From: Pseudomonadota bacterium
GTDB lineage: Bacteria > Bdellovibrionota_G > JALEGL01 > DATDPG01
NCBI GenBank assembly: GCA_043804515.1
Contig: JAZDIZ010000017.1
Location: 1 to 38,953, forward strand
DNA: 38,953 nucleotides
Direction: 5' to 3'
Shown: one piece after another, positions 37,515-38,953 of the stretch
Layout: the number at the start of each line of letters is the position of its first letter
Position numbering within the stretch: position 1 is the stretch's first letter
The notes under the pieces: generated by a model
Databases searched by the model: none
Seen by the model: only the letters and a program-made list of their open reading frames with translations
What the model was told of the DNA's origin: nothing
Position numbers and translations under genes: made by a program

Positions 37515-38505
37515 GCGCAAGCAAGGAAGCCTTGAGATCCTCAAGGTTCCTTCTCTTCTCCGCCGAGATGGGGTGCAGCCGGATTCCCTTCTTTTTGAAA
37601 AACTCCACATATTGATCCACGTCGGAATCCGACTTCAGGTCGATCTTGTTCAGGGCCACGAGGAACGGCCGGTCCACGATGGAACGATCGTACTCCAGAA
37701 TTTCGCGGTGTGTGTTCTGATATTCCTTCCACGCGTCCTTCGGCTCTCCCGCATCAACCGCGACGAGATAAAGCAATTCACGCGTTCGGGCGATGTGTCT
37801 CAAAAATTGGATTCCCAGACCCTTGCCCTGATGCGCTCCCTCGATGAGGCCCGGGAGGTCCGCCAGCGTGAACGTCCGGTCCCCGGCCCGCGCCACGCCC
37901 AAGGAAGGGGCGAGCGTTGTGAAAGGGTAAGGCGCGATCTTGGGCTTTGCGGATGTGAGCGCTCCCAGCAACGTGGATTTCCCTGCGTTTGGCGGCCCCA
38001 CGATTCCGACATCGGCCAGAAGGCGAAGTTCCAGACGCAGCCAAATTCCCTCGCGTTTTCGGCCGAACGTGGCTTTTCGGGGCGCACGGTTCGTGGATGT
38101 TTTGAAATGAACGTTTCCCAAGCCGCCCCTTCCGCCTTCGGCGAGCACGAGGGCTTCCTTGTCGCGGAGGACCTCTCCGAGCAGTTCACCGGACTTGTCG
38201 TCTTTCACCAGGGTTCCGAGCGGAACCGAGAGATTCACCGACGCGCCGGTCGCGCCCGAGCGCTGACTGCGCCCCCCCGGTTGGCCGTTTCCCGCGCGAA
38301 AAATCCGCTTGTACTGAAAATCCAGGAGAGACGACAGGCCCTCCGATCCGATCAGGGCGACGTCGCCGCCGCGACCTCCGTCGCCGCCGTCGGGACCTCC
38401 CCTGGGGATGAATTTGGCGCGCAGGAACCCGACGTGGCCGTCCCCGCCGTTTCCCGCTTGGACGAAGATCCGAGCCTGATCGATAAATGATTTCTTGTGA
38501 GGCAA
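37504..38505 (-). CDS. obgE: GTPase ObgE/CgtA
   Basis: FIDQA..GNGGDG...GGPDGGDGGRGG, ADVGIVGPPNAGKST, YPFTTL, DLPGLIEGAH, NKID. Confidence 0.97.
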   Translation of the reverse strand: MPHKKSFIDQARIFVQAGNGGDGHVGFLRAKFIPRGGPDGGDGGRGGDVALIGSEGLSSLLDFQYKRIFRAGNGQPGGRSQRSGATGASVNLSVPLGTLVKDDKSGELLGEVLRDKEALVLAEGGRGGLGNVHFKTSTNRAPRKATFGRKREGIWLRLELRLLADVGIVGPPNAGKSTLLGALTSAKPKIAPYPFTTLAPSLGVARAGDRTFTLADLPGLIEGAHQGKGLGIQFLRHIARTRELLYLVAVDAGEPKDAWKEYQNTHREILEYDRSIVDRPFLVALNKIDLKSDSDVDQYVEFFKKKGIRLHPISAEKRRNLEDLKASLLAHVA

Positions 38506-38514
38506 TCGAGAAAA

Positions 38515-38769
38515 CTATGCGGGGATGACTCTCACCCGGCGGCGCTCGCGTCCCAGCCGTTCGTATTGAACGACGCCGTTCACTTTGGCGAAAATCGTGT
38601 AATCCCGGCCCATGCCGACGTTAGCTCCCGGATGAATGCGTGTGCCCACTTGGCGCACAAGGATGCTGCCTGCGGTAACGCGCGTTCCGCTGTACACTTT
38701 GATCCCGCGCCGTTGTGCGTTGCTGTCCTTGCCGTTCTTGGCACTGCCGCCGGATTTACTTGTCGCCAA
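38515..38769 (-). CDS. rpmA: 50S ribosomal protein L27
   Basis: [16 protein letters not shown]...[23 protein letters not shown]. Confidence 0.96.
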   Translation of the reverse strand: MATSKSGGSAKNGKDSNAQRRGIKVYSGTRVTAGSILVRQVGTRIHPGANVGMGRDYTIFAKVNGVVQYERLGRERRRVRVIPA

Positions 38770-38770
38770 A

Positions 38771-38953
38771 CTACACCTCGATCCTTGTGATTTTGATCTT
38801 CGTGTAGGGCTGACGGTGGCCCATCGTCTTGTGGTAACCCTTGCGGCGTATCTTTTTGAATACGCGGAGCTTCACTCCCCGCTCCTGGGCGCTGATCGTC
38901 CCGAAAACCGCCGCTTTGATTACCGGGCCCGCTTTGGTCTCGTTGCCGTCGCT
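38771..38953 (-). CDS. rplU: 50S ribosomal protein L21, 5'-truncated by the window edge
   Basis: Manual translation ...[33 protein letters not shown]; directly upstream of rpmA. Confidence 0.93.
   Translation of the reverse strand, partial: SDGNETKAGPVIKAAVFGTISAQERGVKLRVFKKIRRKGYHKTMGHRQPYTKIKITRIEV

Overview
GC-rich bacterial chromosomal window from a diderm (FadL-type porin, lipoproteins, sigma54-type promoter). It looks deltaproteobacteria-like, but taxonomy cannot be fixed from this sequence. Housekeeping flanks: on the left an Amidase_3-like gene, M1 aminopeptidase, osmC, a Tes/GDGT-MAS-like radical SAM, DedA, CDGSH and typA; on the right an SDR, rlmH, rsfS, obgE, rpmA and rplU. Between them lies an accessory hotspot with three parts. 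(1) A ~6 kb islet bounded by a duplicated typA 3' end carries two paralogous cysteine-rich FN3-repeat lipoproteins. (2) A 7463-bp integrative element sits in tRNA-Phe between 46-bp att repeats. It encodes a tyrosine integrase, two excisionase-like HTHs, two RHH-like proteins, a lambda-O-like replication initiator, an MNT-HEPN pair and repeat-bracketed cargo. Its integrase ORF reads through the att site, so excision would swap the integrase C-terminus and put its stop codon directly against the rep start codon, a candidate excision-dependent replication switch. (3) A PilZ-PilZ-GNAT-like protein is followed by a 7TM HK-REC-HK sensor and flanked by decayed toxin-antitoxin-like genes. All calls come from motif recognition by eye; no database searches were run.
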